A DNA stretch of 64,000 nt from Spirochaetia bacterium (GTDB lineage Bacteria; Spirochaetota; Spirochaetia; CADAEX01). The stretch is from assembly GCA_963662795.1 (NCBI GenBank), contig OY759746.1, positions 2,624,001 through 2,688,000 on the forward strand, read 5' to 3'. The notes below the pieces were generated by a model, which did not search any database, had not been told where the DNA came from, and saw nothing but the letters and a program-made list of their open reading frames with translations. A program made the position numbers and the translations under genes. The first letter of the stretch is position 1, and the number at the start of each line of letters is the position of its first letter. Positions 1 to 9,379 of the stretch are shown here, in pieces.

Positions 1-1098
1 TACGATAAGTGTAGATCTTAAGTCGTGAAGAAAAAACAGCAATATCAAAGATGTAAGGACAATACCCATGATAATGTTTGAGAGGGTATCGTTTACTGAT
101 GACTCAATATAATCTGCAGTTTCATTTACGACCTCAAGCGTTACTCCCGGCGGAAGGTCCTTGTTTATTTCATCAATAATCTTAACGGCAGATTCAGCAA
201 TGGTTACAGCGTTACCTTCCGGACTTTTTATTATACTTAAAAGAATCGCGTTTTCGTTACGCGTTTTGCTTTTATTGTCATAGTATATTGTTCTTTCCCG
301 TATCTCTTCGACTGAGTCTGTTACTTCAGCAACTTCGCCCAGTTTTTTCTGTCCGGAAGCTGTCATGATATTGAGGTCCCTGATTTCATCGAGAGTAAGA
401 AATTCCCCGTCAAGTTTTACGGAATATTCCTGCCCTTTGTTTTTAAATGTACCGGCCGGCATGTTCAGGTTTGAGGATGAGAGCATCTGGTTTACCGCGG
501 CAAGTGAAATCCCATTCTGGTAGACTGTCCTGTTTTCAAACTCTACGCTGATTTCCCTGGACTGTCCTCCGGTGAGTGAAACGTTTCCCACATTTTCTAT
601 CTGGGAGAGCAGTTCCTTTATCCTGTTGTCTGCTATGTCATACAGCTCCTGCATTGGTATGTTCCCCGAAAACATTACATCAACTACCGGGATCGCCTGT
701 ATGTCAAACTTGTCGACAACAGGGTCGTATGCGTCATCAGGGAAATCATTTTTTATAGCGTCAATCTTGCTTTTTACTTCCTGATTGGCGACATCCTGAT
801 CCTTTGAGAGCTCAAACCGCATTATAATGATGGATGCCCCTTCAAGTGAAAAAGAGTTTATATAGTTGATGCTGCTGATTGTGGCAACCTGGTCTTCGAT
901 TTTCTTTGTTATCTGTGTTTCAATCTGATCAGGGCTTGCCCCCGGATATACCGTCTGTATAACAATAAAAGGAAACTCTACATTCGGAAAAAAATTGAGC
1001 GGAAGCGCAAGGAACGCTATTGCCCCGAAAAGGATCAGCGCTGCAAGAACCATGCTTACAAGAACCGGCCTTTTTACTGAAAGTGATGATAAAAACAT
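1..1098 (-). CDS. AcrB/AcrD/AcrF-family RND efflux permease, 5' part (runs off window start)
   Basis: Manual translation from ATG at 1098: MFLSSLSVKRPVLVSMVLAALILFGAIAFLALPLNFFPNVEFPFIVIQTVYPGASPDQIETQITKKIE, the typical RND N-terminus; starts immediately after the MFP stop. Confidence 0.93.
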   Translation of the reverse strand, partial: MFLSSLSVKRPVLVSMVLAALILFGAIAFLALPLNFFPNVEFPFIVIQTVYPGASPDQIETQITKKIEDQVATISSINYINSFSLEGASIIIMRFELSKDQDVANQEVKSKIDAIKNDFPDDAYDPVVDKFDIQAIPVVDVMFSGNIPMQELYDIADNRIKELLSQIENVGNVSLTGGQSREISVEFENRTVYQNGISLAAVNQMLSSSNLNMPAGTFKNKGQEYSVKLDGEFLTLDEIRDLNIMTASGQKKLGEVAEVTDSVEEIRERTIYYDNKSKTRNENAILLSIIKSPEGNAVTIAESAVKIIDEINKDLPPGVTLEVVNETADYIESSVNDTLSNIIMGIVLTSLILLFFLHDLRSTLIV

Positions 1099-1099
1099 T

Positions 1100-2152
1100 C
1101 TATTCTCCTGCTACAATCCTGATTTTGCCTGATTCCGTGAGAAATCTGCTCCCTTCCGTAATTATAAGGTCCCCGGTATTAAGCCCGCTCTTTATTTCGA
1201 CAGTCTGACCGCTTCTTTCCCCGGTCTTTACTTCTCTTTTTACAGCAGCATCGCCGGCGGCGATATAAAGATATTTTTCCACGCCGCTTTCAATGAGATA
1301 TTTACTGTTCACTGTAAAAGCAGCGCTGTTCTCGTAAATATAAATATTTATTTTTGCTGTTACCCCGCTTTTAAACTGCCTTCTGCTGTTGTCAAATTCA
1401 GCGATAGCTCCGAATGCCTGTTTTTCCGGGTTGAGTGAAAGGTCTGTCTGGACAATTTTCCCCTTTATTTCATAGCCTTCCCAGATTGCTGAAGCATTCA
1501 TACCCGACCTTACTTTTGCTATATCTTTTTCTGAAACCCAAAGCCTGGCCTTGAGTCTGTCATTATTGCCGATGGTAAAAAGTACTGTTCCTGATTCAAC
1601 ATTTTCACTTTCCCTGACATCAAGCCGTGTTATATATCCGCTGATCGGGGCTTTCACATTTACCATGTTATTTACAGCATCCCAGTTTGCCTTTGCGACA
1701 TCATAACCTGTTTTTGCGTTGTCATAATCCTGCCTCGAGATACCTTTGCTGTTGTATAGCTGTTCAATTCTTTTAAATGAGTCAAGCGCATTCTCATAGG
1801 CTGCTTTTGACTGAAAATAGTTGGCAGCCGGGTTGTCGTAAGGAAATTTTACAATAACTGTATCTTTTTCTACAAAATCCCCAACCCTGTAGAGGATTTT
1901 ATCAACATTGTCATCTATTGATGCTGAAGCTGTTGACTCAGTAATACCTGTTACAGACGCTGTATACTGCAGCGATACTGAAAAAGCTTCTTTCCTGGCC
2001 GGTATTACTGAAACCGGAACCCCTTCCTCTTCATGAATTTGTGCCATACTCCGTGTTTCCAGAGATTCTTCCGGCTTTTTTGCAGCGCAGCCTGTTAATG
2101 ATACTGCAATCAGGAAAACAATACCTGTTGTAATAATTTGTTTAAGTGACAT
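1100..2152 (-). CDS. RND efflux periplasmic adaptor (membrane fusion protein), lipoprotein
   Basis: Lipobox LTGC, VKAPISGYI lipoyl-like motif, alpha-hairpin, C-terminal VEIKSGLNTGD; directly upstream of the AcrB gene. Confidence 0.92.
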   Translation of the reverse strand: MSLKQIITTGIVFLIAVSLTGCAAKKPEESLETRSMAQIHEEEGVPVSVIPARKEAFSVSLQYTASVTGITESTASASIDDNVDKILYRVGDFVEKDTVIVKFPYDNPAANYFQSKAAYENALDSFKRIEQLYNSKGISRQDYDNAKTGYDVAKANWDAVNNMVNVKAPISGYITRLDVRESENVESGTVLFTIGNNDRLKARLWVSEKDIAKVRSGMNASAIWEGYEIKGKIVQTDLSLNPEKQAFGAIAEFDNSRRQFKSGVTAKINIYIYENSAAFTVNSKYLIESGVEKYLYIAAGDAAVKREVKTGERSGQTVEIKSGLNTGDLIITEGSRFLTESGKIRIVAGE

Positions 2153-2178
2153 TCTATTTAACTCTCCTTTATTATGAT

Positions 2179-2820
2179 TTATGCTGATTTATTCGGTAAA
2201 TAATTGAACAGACCGTCAAGAAAAATATTTACAAGCTGGGAAATTTTCTTTTCATCAAGCTTCTTAAGACTAGTTTCCTCCTTGAAAATTATCATGTCAA
2301 GCAAACCCTGTACATAAGCTACAACTGACAAAAATTCAATATGTGCGTTTTCATCATTTTTAAGATCAATGCTTACACCGACCGCTTTCTGGTACAGTTC
2401 TGAAAAAAAATGCCCTTTTTCCTGATGATAATTTAAATGCCATTCTCTGAACTCTGGCATTTCAAGAACAGCCTGATTCAGATAAAGAACCCTGCTCATC
2501 TGTCTCAGGTTTTTATCATTATAGTATTTCATGATAATATTCTTGAGTATGGAAAATGTTCTTTCCTTTAGTGTTATTCCCTGAGCAATGGAGTCATTTA
2601 TGATGATTTCAATTTCTTTTACGACAAGGTTGTGTATTTCTATAAATAGTTCAGCCTTGTTTTTAAAATGCCAGTAAATTGCCCCTCTTGTAACGCCTGC
2701 TTCCCTGGCAATGTCGCACATATTTACAATTGCAAACCATTTGCGGCTGAATACGGAAATACCTGCATTTATTATATCCTGGCGTGTTTTCTCAGCATCT
2801 TCCTTTGTTTTTCTCAACAC
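2179..2820 (-). CDS. TetR/AcrR-family transcriptional regulator
   Basis: RKTKEDAEKTRQDII...IAREAGVTRGAIYWHFKNK is an AcrR-type HTH; start placed at GTG/TTG (2820/2817) after GGGAG rather than at the longer ORF-track start. Confidence 0.9.
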   Translation of the reverse strand: MLRKTKEDAEKTRQDIINAGISVFSRKWFAIVNMCDIAREAGVTRGAIYWHFKNKAELFIEIHNLVVKEIEIIINDSIAQGITLKERTFSILKNIIMKYYNDKNLRQMSRVLYLNQAVLEMPEFREWHLNYHQEKGHFFSELYQKAVGVSIDLKNDENAHIEFLSVVAYVQGLLDMIIFKEETSLKKLDEKKISQLVNIFLDGLFNYLPNKSA

Positions 2821-2831
2821 AAGCTCCCTGT

Positions 2832-2859
2832 TTATTATACATACATGAATGTATAATAA
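2832..2859. promoter_or_regulatory. Putative TetR/AcrR operator (11-bp inverted repeat)
   Basis: TTATTATACAT-acatga-ATGTATAATAA just upstream of the tetR gene, overlapping a likely -10 (TTGACA lies upstream on the minus strand). Confidence 0.65.
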
Positions 2860-2923
2860 TGATTTCTGAATGCAAGTGTCAATATATTTGCTGAAAAATA
2901 TGGAAATATTTTTATGGGGAGTC

Positions 2924-4288
2924 TTAAACCACGAGAATAATCTGCACATCGCAGACATTTGTATTTGTAGGACCTGTTACCAAAAGCCCGCCGGCTGATT
3001 TGAAATAGTTATAGGAATCGCTTCGGGCAATGTACGGAGCGGGGGAGAGCCCTTTCTCTTTGGCTGATTCAAGTATATCCAGAGAGGCGAACGCACCGGC
3101 GGCATCTGTAGGTCCGTCGTTTCCGTCTGTCCCGACTGAAAGAAAATAAATTCCCCTATAGGCATCAGGGTTGCCGGTCATTTCATTAAGGAACGAGAGG
3201 GCCATCTCCTGATTCCGGCCGCCTTTTCCGTTCCCTTTCAATGTTACAGTTGTCTCCCCACCGGCTATTATGCATCCCGGTTTTATTACCGGGTGGCCGT
3301 ATAGTGATGTGTCCCTGGCAAGGGCGGAAAAGAATTTCGCGATTTCCCTGGCTTCGCCTGTTATGCCTGATGACAGGATCAGGGGATTGTAGCCGAGTGA
3401 CCTTGCCTTTTCCTCTGCCGCAAGAAGGGCAGTGTGGTTTGTTCCGATCAGGATGTTCTCGATTTTTGTAAATGCGCTGTCTCCCTTTTTCGGGGTTTCC
3501 GCTGTTTCGCCTTTTTTGCCTGAAACAATAAGGTTTTTAACATTGAGTGGAATCTTATCGAGCAGGCCGTATTTTTCAAAATATGAATAGGCATCCGCAT
3601 AGGTTGTCTCATCCTCAACTGTAAGGCCCGAGGCTATTGTATCAAGCCTGTCTCCAACTACATCGGAAAGTATAAGATTTATACAGGAGGCAGGATATAT
3701 CAGACGGGCCAGGCGTCCCCCTTTGATCCCTGATATATGCTTTCTGATGCAGTTGATCTCTTTGATCGAAGCGCCGCACTCAAGCAGCAGCCTTGTTGTA
3801 GCCTGTTTTTCTTCAAGTGCAAGCATAAAATTATTGTCGGAATAGGGCAGGCAGAGGATCGCGGAACCTCCTCCCGAGATAAGGTTGATCATCAGCGTAT
3901 CGCTGTCTGCTTTTTCGGCAAGCGCGGCTATCTCCCTTGCTCCCCGTACACTGTTTGCGTCTGGTACAGGATGGCCGGTTTCAATTAGTTCAATTCCAGA
4001 GAGCTGTTCCGTATGGCCGTATTTTACAGCAATAATTCCTTTTTCAATCCTGCTTCCGAGAACTGATTCAAGCCCTTTAGCCATGCTTGCTGTTGCTTTG
4101 CCGGCTCCTGTTACCCAGATTCTTTTAAATTTCAAGAGGTCAAAATCTTTTTCAGTCTGCGGTGTTTTGATTTTGAGAATATCTCCGGTTATGCTCAAGC
4201 TTGCCTTAAGAATTTTCTCAGGGTTTACCCTGTCTACTGCTGAATTGAATATTTGCTCAAGATCGTTCTCATATCTGCCCTGCTTCAT
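2924..4288 (-). CDS. Glycerate 2-kinase (GckA/TtuD, DUF4147+MOFRL)
   Basis: Motifs GAGKA, GHPVPD, LISGGGSA, RKHISGIKGG, GGETTV, GGRNQE, GTDGNDG, TGPTNTNVCD. Confidence 0.92.
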   Translation of the reverse strand: MKQGRYENDLEQIFNSAVDRVNPEKILKASLSITGDILKIKTPQTEKDFDLLKFKRIWVTGAGKATASMAKGLESVLGSRIEKGIIAVKYGHTEQLSGIELIETGHPVPDANSVRGAREIAALAEKADSDTLMINLISGGGSAILCLPYSDNNFMLALEEKQATTRLLLECGASIKEINCIRKHISGIKGGRLARLIYPASCINLILSDVVGDRLDTIASGLTVEDETTYADAYSYFEKYGLLDKIPLNVKNLIVSGKKGETAETPKKGDSAFTKIENILIGTNHTALLAAEEKARSLGYNPLILSSGITGEAREIAKFFSALARDTSLYGHPVIKPGCIIAGGETTVTLKGNGKGGRNQEMALSFLNEMTGNPDAYRGIYFLSVGTDGNDGPTDAAGAFASLDILESAKEKGLSPAPYIARSDSYNYFKSAGGLLVTGPTNTNVCDVQIILVV

Positions 4289-4422
4289 GACCGCCTCTCC
4301 TCTTTTATTGGCTGTATACCATTTATAACTGATTTAGTTAATTATGTCTCAACCCTTATTGTATGAAAGTTCATACCGCAGAAGACTGTCCCCGTGACAG
4401 GGCCCCTCGGCTGCAGACTTAC

Positions 4423-5097
4423 CTACCTGAAATTTTCCTCAACTCTCTTTGCAAGATATTTAACGGCAAAAAGAGGGCTTGTAAAAACCGGAGTTTTTTT
4501 CTCATTATCTGAAAGCAGTTCCGCAACCCTTGCCGTTGATGCCTGTGCCAGAACTACGGCATCGACCTTTCCCATGAGATTTTTAAGATATTTAATTACT
4601 ATCTCATCATGGAGAGCCGTATTGCCGCTTAACATGGCATCATAGGCGTCACTGCAGAGTACGGTTTTCATATCAATTTTTTTGTTCAGCTTTTGAGCTG
4701 TTTTCAGGAGAAGCTGCCCGGAAGGATTGAGTGTGCCTGCATTTGTCGCAAGTACTCCAATTTTTGAATAACCGGAAGTAACAGCCTCAGCCATCGGCCC
4801 GTCTATTGATAAGAGAGGCACATCAACGAGTGTCTGCGCGTATTCTATCAAAGGAGTAACTGATGAGCATGTAACCTGGATAATATCCGCCCCCGCTTGT
4901 TCAGCGGATATAACATTTTCCGAAAACCTGCGCCTAACTGTTTTTGTAAGGCCCCCGGCAGCGATTATCTGAGTTATAATGCTTTCATCGCTTATATGCT
5001 TTTTTACAGTTTTTATTTTTATCAGCTCATCGCACAGTGTGTTAAAGCTTTTTTCAAGTCCGGTTATTGTATTCAGAAAAAAAATAGTGGTGCTCAT
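4423..5097 (-). CDS. Asp/Glu/hydantoin racemase-superfamily protein
   Basis: VTCSS, IDGPMAE, IGVLAT, HD and VVLAQAS pattern of the one-cysteine racemase-like family. Confidence 0.7.
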   Translation of the reverse strand: MSTTIFFLNTITGLEKSFNTLCDELIKIKTVKKHISDESIITQIIAAGGLTKTVRRRFSENVISAEQAGADIIQVTCSSVTPLIEYAQTLVDVPLLSIDGPMAEAVTSGYSKIGVLATNAGTLNPSGQLLLKTAQKLNKKIDMKTVLCSDAYDAMLSGNTALHDEIVIKYLKNLMGKVDAVVLAQASTARVAELLSDNEKKTPVFTSPLFAVKYLAKRVEENFR

Positions 5098-5118
5098 TTT
5101 ATCTCTTCCTGAGAGGCT

Positions 5119-6348
5119 TTACAGTTTATCAGTTTCTTCCCATTTTACGAAAGTGCCGACTGCCTCATAGTTTTTGTTGTTTTTTATCTCTTCATAAACA
5201 GGTTTGGATACATAAAAATACGACATCTCCTGTGTATTTCGTATCCTTACCATTCTTACATCCTCAATTTTTTTCCCGTATACCTGAAGGGCCGTGGAAA
5301 GTGCTTCCTCATAGTTTTTCTTTACTATCGGAATCCGTCCCCTTTCAAGAAAGGCGGATGTTATTACATTCTCATTTGTCGCCTGAAAATTGATCTTGTT
5401 ATAAAGCTTTTCCGTGATAAGATCCGCCTGACCGACTCCAATGGCATTCCCATGGGATTCCTCGGTAAGGTCGTCTACAACGATAATTCTGATCTCCGCG
5501 TCGGTTTTAGGGGGAAGTCCCCTTATCCCGAGGTCTCCGGTAACATTAGGGTCAATTCCTGTGCCGCTTATATTTTTCCCCATTTCATCAATACAGAGGA
5601 TATCAAGTTTGCTGACAGGAAGCTGGGCTATATTTTCAATTGCAGTTTTAAGCAGTTTCTTTTCCTCAGGATAGAATTCATCCGGAGTCAGGGCTTTGAA
5701 TATCTTTGTTTTGTGATAGGGATTTTCAACTATCGCAAAACCTGCTTTTACGTTTGCCTCCCGGGCGACTCTTTGGGCTGTGGGGACAAGCAGTTTATCA
5801 AGACCGTAACCGCCGAAGCTGTGGATTTCAAGTGCGAGTTTATGCTTGCCAAGCCCGATACAGCACATTTTATGAAGGCCGCTTTCAATCTCTCCTGCAA
5901 AGTCTGTATGGGCTTTAATCCTGTTCATTATTATTATGCTGTCGCATTCATAGGCGTTTCTGTCGACATAGACTTTATTCTCAAGGCCGCTTGAATCAAG
6001 CTCAACAACCTCCATGGAAGAAAGTATTTTCGTTCCCATAGCCTCTTCCGTTATGCCATAGCTCGCGAGTACTTCAAGCTGCCCTTCTGCTGTTGCGCCG
6101 CCGTGGCTTCCCATTGCGGGCACTATTATCATCTCGAAACCGTTATTCTGAAAATATTTTATAATTGTCTTCATGATCAGAGCGTAATTGCTTATTCCGC
6201 GGCTGCCGGCTCCGATTGCTATCCTCCTGTCTCCTTTGAACAGATGAATAATTTTACCGCATTCGTTTTTTACATGGGTCTCTAAATCAGCTATATGATC
6301 ATCATCAAGCTTTTGTTTTATCTTAATAAGTTCAGGAAACATTTCCAT
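5119..6348 (-). CDS. LarA-like (DUF2088) nickel-pincer-dependent isomerase, divergent group
   Basis: GSRGI, PAMGSHGGATAEGQ, NRIKAHTDF, ESGLHKM..IGLGK, GKNISGTGIDPNV, HGNAIGVG. Confidence 0.8.
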   Translation of the reverse strand: MEMFPELIKIKQKLDDDHIADLETHVKNECGKIIHLFKGDRRIAIGAGSRGISNYALIMKTIIKYFQNNGFEMIIVPAMGSHGGATAEGQLEVLASYGITEEAMGTKILSSMEVVELDSSGLENKVYVDRNAYECDSIIIMNRIKAHTDFAGEIESGLHKMCCIGLGKHKLALEIHSFGGYGLDKLLVPTAQRVAREANVKAGFAIVENPYHKTKIFKALTPDEFYPEEKKLLKTAIENIAQLPVSKLDILCIDEMGKNISGTGIDPNVTGDLGIRGLPPKTDAEIRIIVVDDLTEESHGNAIGVGQADLITEKLYNKINFQATNENVITSAFLERGRIPIVKKNYEEALSTALQVYGKKIEDVRMVRIRNTQEMSYFYVSKPVYEEIKNNKNYEAVGTFVKWEETDKL

Positions 6349-6390
6349 TTGTATCTCCAGTGTTCCGGCCGGCGGAATTCTTCAGTCCTT

Positions 6391-7662
6391 TCAGCCTGCG
6401 ATGTAGGGTATTGTCTGAGGCCCTTCCGGAATTACGCATATACTTGCGGGTCTTCCTAAGGATTTTACAATTTCCGCAATCCTCTTTTCAATATTCCTGC
6501 ACGGAATCATGAAGGCCTGTTTTATCTGCTCATCCGTAAGATTATCGCTGTAGAAATGAACATCAGCCTTTTTGCATATAAGGGCATGTATCTGTGCCTG
6601 CCACATATCGTGCATGACAAAACCGGGTGTCCTGATTTTGTCAAGAAGCTCATCTGGTGTTGATGCTGATGCGAGAAGCTGCCCGTACTTTCCATGCTCA
6701 GGTATCCCGTCCCAGCAGTCCGCTGTAATGATTATGTGCCCGCCCTGTTTTACAATCTGGGAGGCGGCGCTCATTCCCTTGACAGCCTGATACATATTAA
6801 GGTCGAGCGGATAACCTGAATTGCTTGTCAGTATTATATCATAGGGTTCCCTGACGCCAGCCATCGCGTGTATTTTTACATATTCGCAGCCTGTTTTATG
6901 CGCCTTGATGTAATCTCCCGCAAAGACGGCTGTAATCTCTTTTTTCCTGTTTAAGGCTACGTTCAGAAGAAGGGTAGGATTTGCAAATCCGGCTGCCTCT
7001 CTGACCTCTTCCCATAGAGGATTCCCTTCTGTTATTCCCCAGATCGCCTGTTTGTGGTCCATGTGCGCTGCGCTGTGGTTAAACTGCACTGTCTCAAGTG
7101 TCGCAAGGCCCGGCATAATCGCTTTACCACCGCCTGAAAAACCTGCAAAAAAATGGGGTTCAATAAAACCCGTAAGAATTTTTACATCACAGTCCAGGAA
7201 GTCGGAGAGAATATTTATTTTATTCCCTCCTTTGCTTGTTCCGACATATCTGTGGGCTGCTGAATCCTTGCAGTCATTCTGTATTATTCTGTATTTACCG
7301 ACAATTCCGGGTCCGAGAATCTGTTTCAGCTCTTCTTCCGAATTTGTCCTGTGTGTGCCTGTCGCATTGTAAAGTGTAATGTTTGCAGCAGGAACGTGGG
7401 GAATTTCCGCGAAAATTGCAGGAAGCAGAATATTATAAGGGGTAGCTCTCGAAATATCGCTGAATATAATGCCGACCCGGTCTGAGGATTTAGCGATCTT
7501 TGATAAAGGCCCTGTCCCTTCCGGTGACTGAAGCGCGGCCCTTACAGCGCCCACCTGGTCGGCAAGCCCTTTCTCAAATTTGGGTTCTATTACATCTATT
7601 TTACAATCATCAGGAAGATTTACCTCCAGATTGCCTTTTCCATAGGCCAGTTGTACTTTCAT
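6391..7662 (-). CDS. larA: Nickel-dependent lactate racemase family protein
   Basis: SDISRATP, ATGTHR, IEPHFFAGFSGGGKAIMPG, NH and YQAVKG match LarA catalytic and NPN-binding motifs. Confidence 0.9.
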   Translation of the reverse strand: MKVQLAYGKGNLEVNLPDDCKIDVIEPKFEKGLADQVGAVRAALQSPEGTGPLSKIAKSSDRVGIIFSDISRATPYNILLPAIFAEIPHVPAANITLYNATGTHRTNSEEELKQILGPGIVGKYRIIQNDCKDSAAHRYVGTSKGGNKINILSDFLDCDVKILTGFIEPHFFAGFSGGGKAIMPGLATLETVQFNHSAAHMDHKQAIWGITEGNPLWEEVREAAGFANPTLLLNVALNRKKEITAVFAGDYIKAHKTGCEYVKIHAMAGVREPYDIILTSNSGYPLDLNMYQAVKGMSAASQIVKQGGHIIITADCWDGIPEHGKYGQLLASASTPDELLDKIRTPGFVMHDMWQAQIHALICKKADVHFYSDNLTDEQIKQAFMIPCRNIEKRIAEIVKSLGRPASICVIPEGPQTIPYIAG

Positions 7663-7677
7663 ATCAGCTCCCTGTTT

Positions 7678-8955
7678 CTATTTTGAAACATTAATGATGC
7701 GGCTTAAATCCCCGTCTTTTGCTGCTTCAAGTATCGGTCTCATATATTTGTCTATCATGTCAGCTGTGAGCGGCACCGGCATATTCTGCAGTTTCATCGC
7801 AAGCTGCGGATTTTTCGCAGCCTCAAGCGCCCTTTCTATATACTTGTCGCTGAAGCCTTTAACATCTCCAAGCTTCACTGGAAAACCTATTCTCCTTGAA
7901 AGCTCAAACATCGCCTCTGCAACTGCCATTCCAAGTTCTCTCCCCTTTAATTTACCAAGATCTGCACCGGTAAGGCCAGCTTTTTTATATATTTCACCAA
8001 CCATCCGCAGTGATTCCTCAATCGCCGGAGCAAAAAATACAGTGTAGTAGGGATTTGTTATCGCGCAGGCCCTGCCGTGGCTTAAAAGATCGACAAGCGA
8101 GAAACTTGTAAGATGCCCGCCGTTTGTCCCCCCCAGCATTATCGCGTATCCTCCCATATCGGTTGCAAGGCACAGATAGTCTTTTGCCTCTTTGGAAGAA
8201 GGGTCTTCAAGCGCTTTCTGTAAATTCCCGACTACAAGTCCGATACCGCTCTCAGCTACTTCGCTTATTTTGCCGTATGCATCCTTGTTTCCGGCAGCGC
8301 TGTAAAGCACTTCAAGGCAGTGCGCTATTCCGTCAAGCGCGCCGTCCATTGTAAGTGAGGCAGGGGAGCCGTATGTTACTTCATAATCAAATACAGGTAT
8401 TAAAGGGACAATAGCATCATCTACAATCAGTTTTTTCTGTCCTGTGTGGACATCGGTGATGTTCGAGTATTTGGTAAGGTGCGCGCCGGAACTTGCCGCT
8501 GTCTGAATTGCTATATGGGGGGTGAGTTTTTTTCCTGTTTTGCCTAATGCTTCTTTTACCTTTCCCATTCCAAAGTAGTCTTCAATTCCGCCTCCTATGG
8601 TTCTCAGGACTTCAGCAGCCTTTACAGCATCAATTGTGCTTCCCCCTCCAAAACTGATCAGTACATCAGGGTTATATTTTTTAACAGCATCAGTGATTCT
8701 GTAGAGGTCCTCTCTCGGGCAGTTCGGTTTTGCCCCGTCCGCTTCTCCCGCGATTTCAACACCTGCTTTTTTCAGGGAGACCCTGATACTGTCAAGAAAT
8801 TTCTCCGAACCGGGGAAAATATCCCTTACAAAGACGCATTTCTTACCATATTTCGCGGCAGTTGTGCCGATTTTATCAAGGACTCCTCTTCCGTATAAAT
8901 AATTGTCTCCCTTAAATTCATAAAGTAGTTTTTCCGCTTTTTTACTGTAATCCAT
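7678..8955 (-). CDS. Iron-containing alcohol dehydrogenase family protein
   Basis: FGGGSTIDAVK, DGIAHCLE, GGHLTS, HGRACA metal and NAD motifs. Confidence 0.85.
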   Translation of the reverse strand: MDYSKKAEKLLYEFKGDNYLYGRGVLDKIGTTAAKYGKKCVFVRDIFPGSEKFLDSIRVSLKKAGVEIAGEADGAKPNCPREDLYRITDAVKKYNPDVLISFGGGSTIDAVKAAEVLRTIGGGIEDYFGMGKVKEALGKTGKKLTPHIAIQTAASSGAHLTKYSNITDVHTGQKKLIVDDAIVPLIPVFDYEVTYGSPASLTMDGALDGIAHCLEVLYSAAGNKDAYGKISEVAESGIGLVVGNLQKALEDPSSKEAKDYLCLATDMGGYAIMLGGTNGGHLTSFSLVDLLSHGRACAITNPYYTVFFAPAIEESLRMVGEIYKKAGLTGADLGKLKGRELGMAVAEAMFELSRRIGFPVKLGDVKGFSDKYIERALEAAKNPQLAMKLQNMPVPLTADMIDKYMRPILEAAKDGDLSRIINVSK

Positions 8956-8966
8956 TTTCCTTCCTT

Positions 8967-9353
8967 CTATTTTTCACAGATCGCAACAGCCTGGATTTCA
9001 ACACACGCGCCCATTGCAAGGCTGCCTACTTCTACAGTTGCCCGGGACGGGAAGCTGTCTGAAAAATAACTGCTGTAAATTTTATTCATTTTTTCGAAAT
9101 CCTGCATCCTCGTAATATATACTGTTGCAGAGACAATCCGGTCCAGTGAAGAACCGGCCTGTTCGCAGATGGATTTCAGATTTTCGAAGGTCTGAACTGT
9201 CTCGTTCTCAATTCCCCCCTCAACCAGTTTTCCTGTTTCAGGGTCAAGGGGAAGAATTCCTGAGGTGAATAGAAATTCTCCCGCTTTAACAGCCTGTGAG
9301 TAGGGGCCTATTGCAGCGGGGGCTTTCTTTGAATTTATAATTTCTCTGGTCAA
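8967..9353 (-). CDS. ridA: RidA (YjgF/YER057c/UK114) enamine/imine deaminase
   Basis: APAAIGPYSQAV, SG, PSRATVEV..L.MGACVEI; start at TTG 9353 chosen by family length (ORF track extends to 9401). Confidence 0.88.
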   Translation of the reverse strand: MTREIINSKKAPAAIGPYSQAVKAGEFLFTSGILPLDPETGKLVEGGIENETVQTFENLKSICEQAGSSLDRIVSATVYITRMQDFEKMNKIYSSYFSDSFPSRATVEVGSLAMGACVEIQAVAICEK

Positions 9354-9379
9354 AACTTTTTCCTGTAAACACATTTTTT

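Noticed and set aside
2821-2958. N-terminal extension of the TetR ORF
   Set aside because: It overlaps the operator, the promoter and the upstream gene; family similarity starts near 2820
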